Positions 63,000 through 64,000 of a stretch of 64,000 nt of DNA are shown one piece after another. The notes under the pieces are model-generated. The model did no database searches and was not told where the DNA came from. It saw only the letters and a list, made by a program, of their open reading frames with translations. Position 1 is the first letter of the stretch, and every line of letters starts with the position of its first letter. Source of the stretch: the human T2T-CHM13v2.0 reference genome, Homo sapiens; NCBI RefSeq assembly GCF_009914755.1, contig NC_060926.1; one strand, given 5' to 3'. Position numbers and translations under genes: made by a program.

Positions 63000-64000
63000 C
63001 AGGAGCCAAGGTCAGAGGAGTGAGGGAGAAGAAAGGACCAGAAAAGAGGGCTCCCAGCAGGAGGTGAGTCCAGAGACTCAGTGCTGGCCCCAGCCTGCCT
63101 TTCCTGCAAGTTGTGTAAACCCAAGTGAGATGTTGAGTGGAAAAGATGGCAAGCACTCCAGGGACAAGAGACAAGGCCCTGGTACACCCTGCCAAGTGCT
63201 GGGGTAAAGGAACAAATCAGACACAGCCCACAATAATGCCCCCTAGGAAGAATTCCCATTTAACAGATGAGAAAACTGTGACTCTGAGAGATTGAGTTCC
63301 CAGCCATCAGAGAATTCCTGGTCTTTAGGTTCATGGGAGCCAGTGTGGGGAGGGAGAGAAGTCCTGCCCCCGCACACCCCCTGCTAGCAGGAGGCAGTTT
63401 CCACTGGAGAGCCAGGGATTTGAGGGAAGCATGAGGCAAACACCAAATGTTTTACCAGTGGAAATAAAATTGAAAATGTCCCTGGAACCCACTTCATCCA
63501 GAATTTCCAGGGGAGGTTTGGTGTGAGTGAGTCACCAAGAGCACAATGGCTGGTTCCGAAGGCCAGGCCAGCTGAGCTCGGTGGATATTTAAACAGAGCT
63601 TGGGGAAAAGATGGTCAAAAACACTGGCCTGTGCCTGCTGAAACCTGAAAGGGTTGCCTCCACCCTGCCTGAACCCACTGACTGCAGGAGGCTTGGCAGG
63701 CCCCATGTGGCTCTCAGAGGCTGGACAAGGACTGGGGGAAACCCAGAAAACAGTGAGGGCAGTAAATCTCTGCCTGCCCACGACAGTGCTCTGGCACCTT
63801 CAGCATCCTTTTCCTCTCTAAGGAGAAAAAAAGTACATAACGAATAACAGCCCCCAAGATCAGAAGAGTTATTAGGCAAGCTTAGTGCTGCGCCCGCTCT
63901 CTTTCTCCCCAACAAAATGTAAGCTTTTCCACGATACCTCCAGCCAGTGTCTTGTGATGTCACCGCCACTCTCTCACAAGCTCCCTTCTCCTTCACGGAA

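Overview
Simian-primate (very likely human) non-coding genomic DNA, intergenic or deep intronic, as shown by AluJ/S SINEs, THE1 retrotransposons and L1M/L2/MIR relics. No protein-coding gene is recognisable. The only ORF-track entries resembling real proteins are decayed L1 ORF2p fragments (22.0-24.9 kb); the others are chance ORFs or products of repeats. No tRNA, rRNA or CRISPR array was seen. The main structure is a nested transposon stack at about 20.6-27.1 kb: an L1MB-type host carrying an internally deleted Alu, an antisense L1MA 3' end, a chimeric insert, MLT2 containing THE1D, and MLT1C. Best leads: (1) a TSD-flanked chimeric insert (L1 5'UTR joined at a cryptic acceptor to an antisense Alu 5' piece, then unique sequence with AATAAA and an A/GA tail), resembling a retroposed spliced transcript; (2) a 168-bp copy of neighbouring unique DNA pasted into the L1 endonuclease region; (3) a THE1A provirus whose PPT/3'-LTR junction is displaced into a CA-rich array; (4) a TATA+Inr candidate promoter followed by a consensus splice donor and a SOX/MEF2/POU cluster at about 51.4-52.0 kb; (5) several minus-strand candidate exons that could belong to a lncRNA. 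The sequence alone does not demonstrate a new biological system. Repeat subfamily names come from recalled consensus sequences and need RepeatMasker/Dfam confirmation; boundaries of old repeats are approximate.
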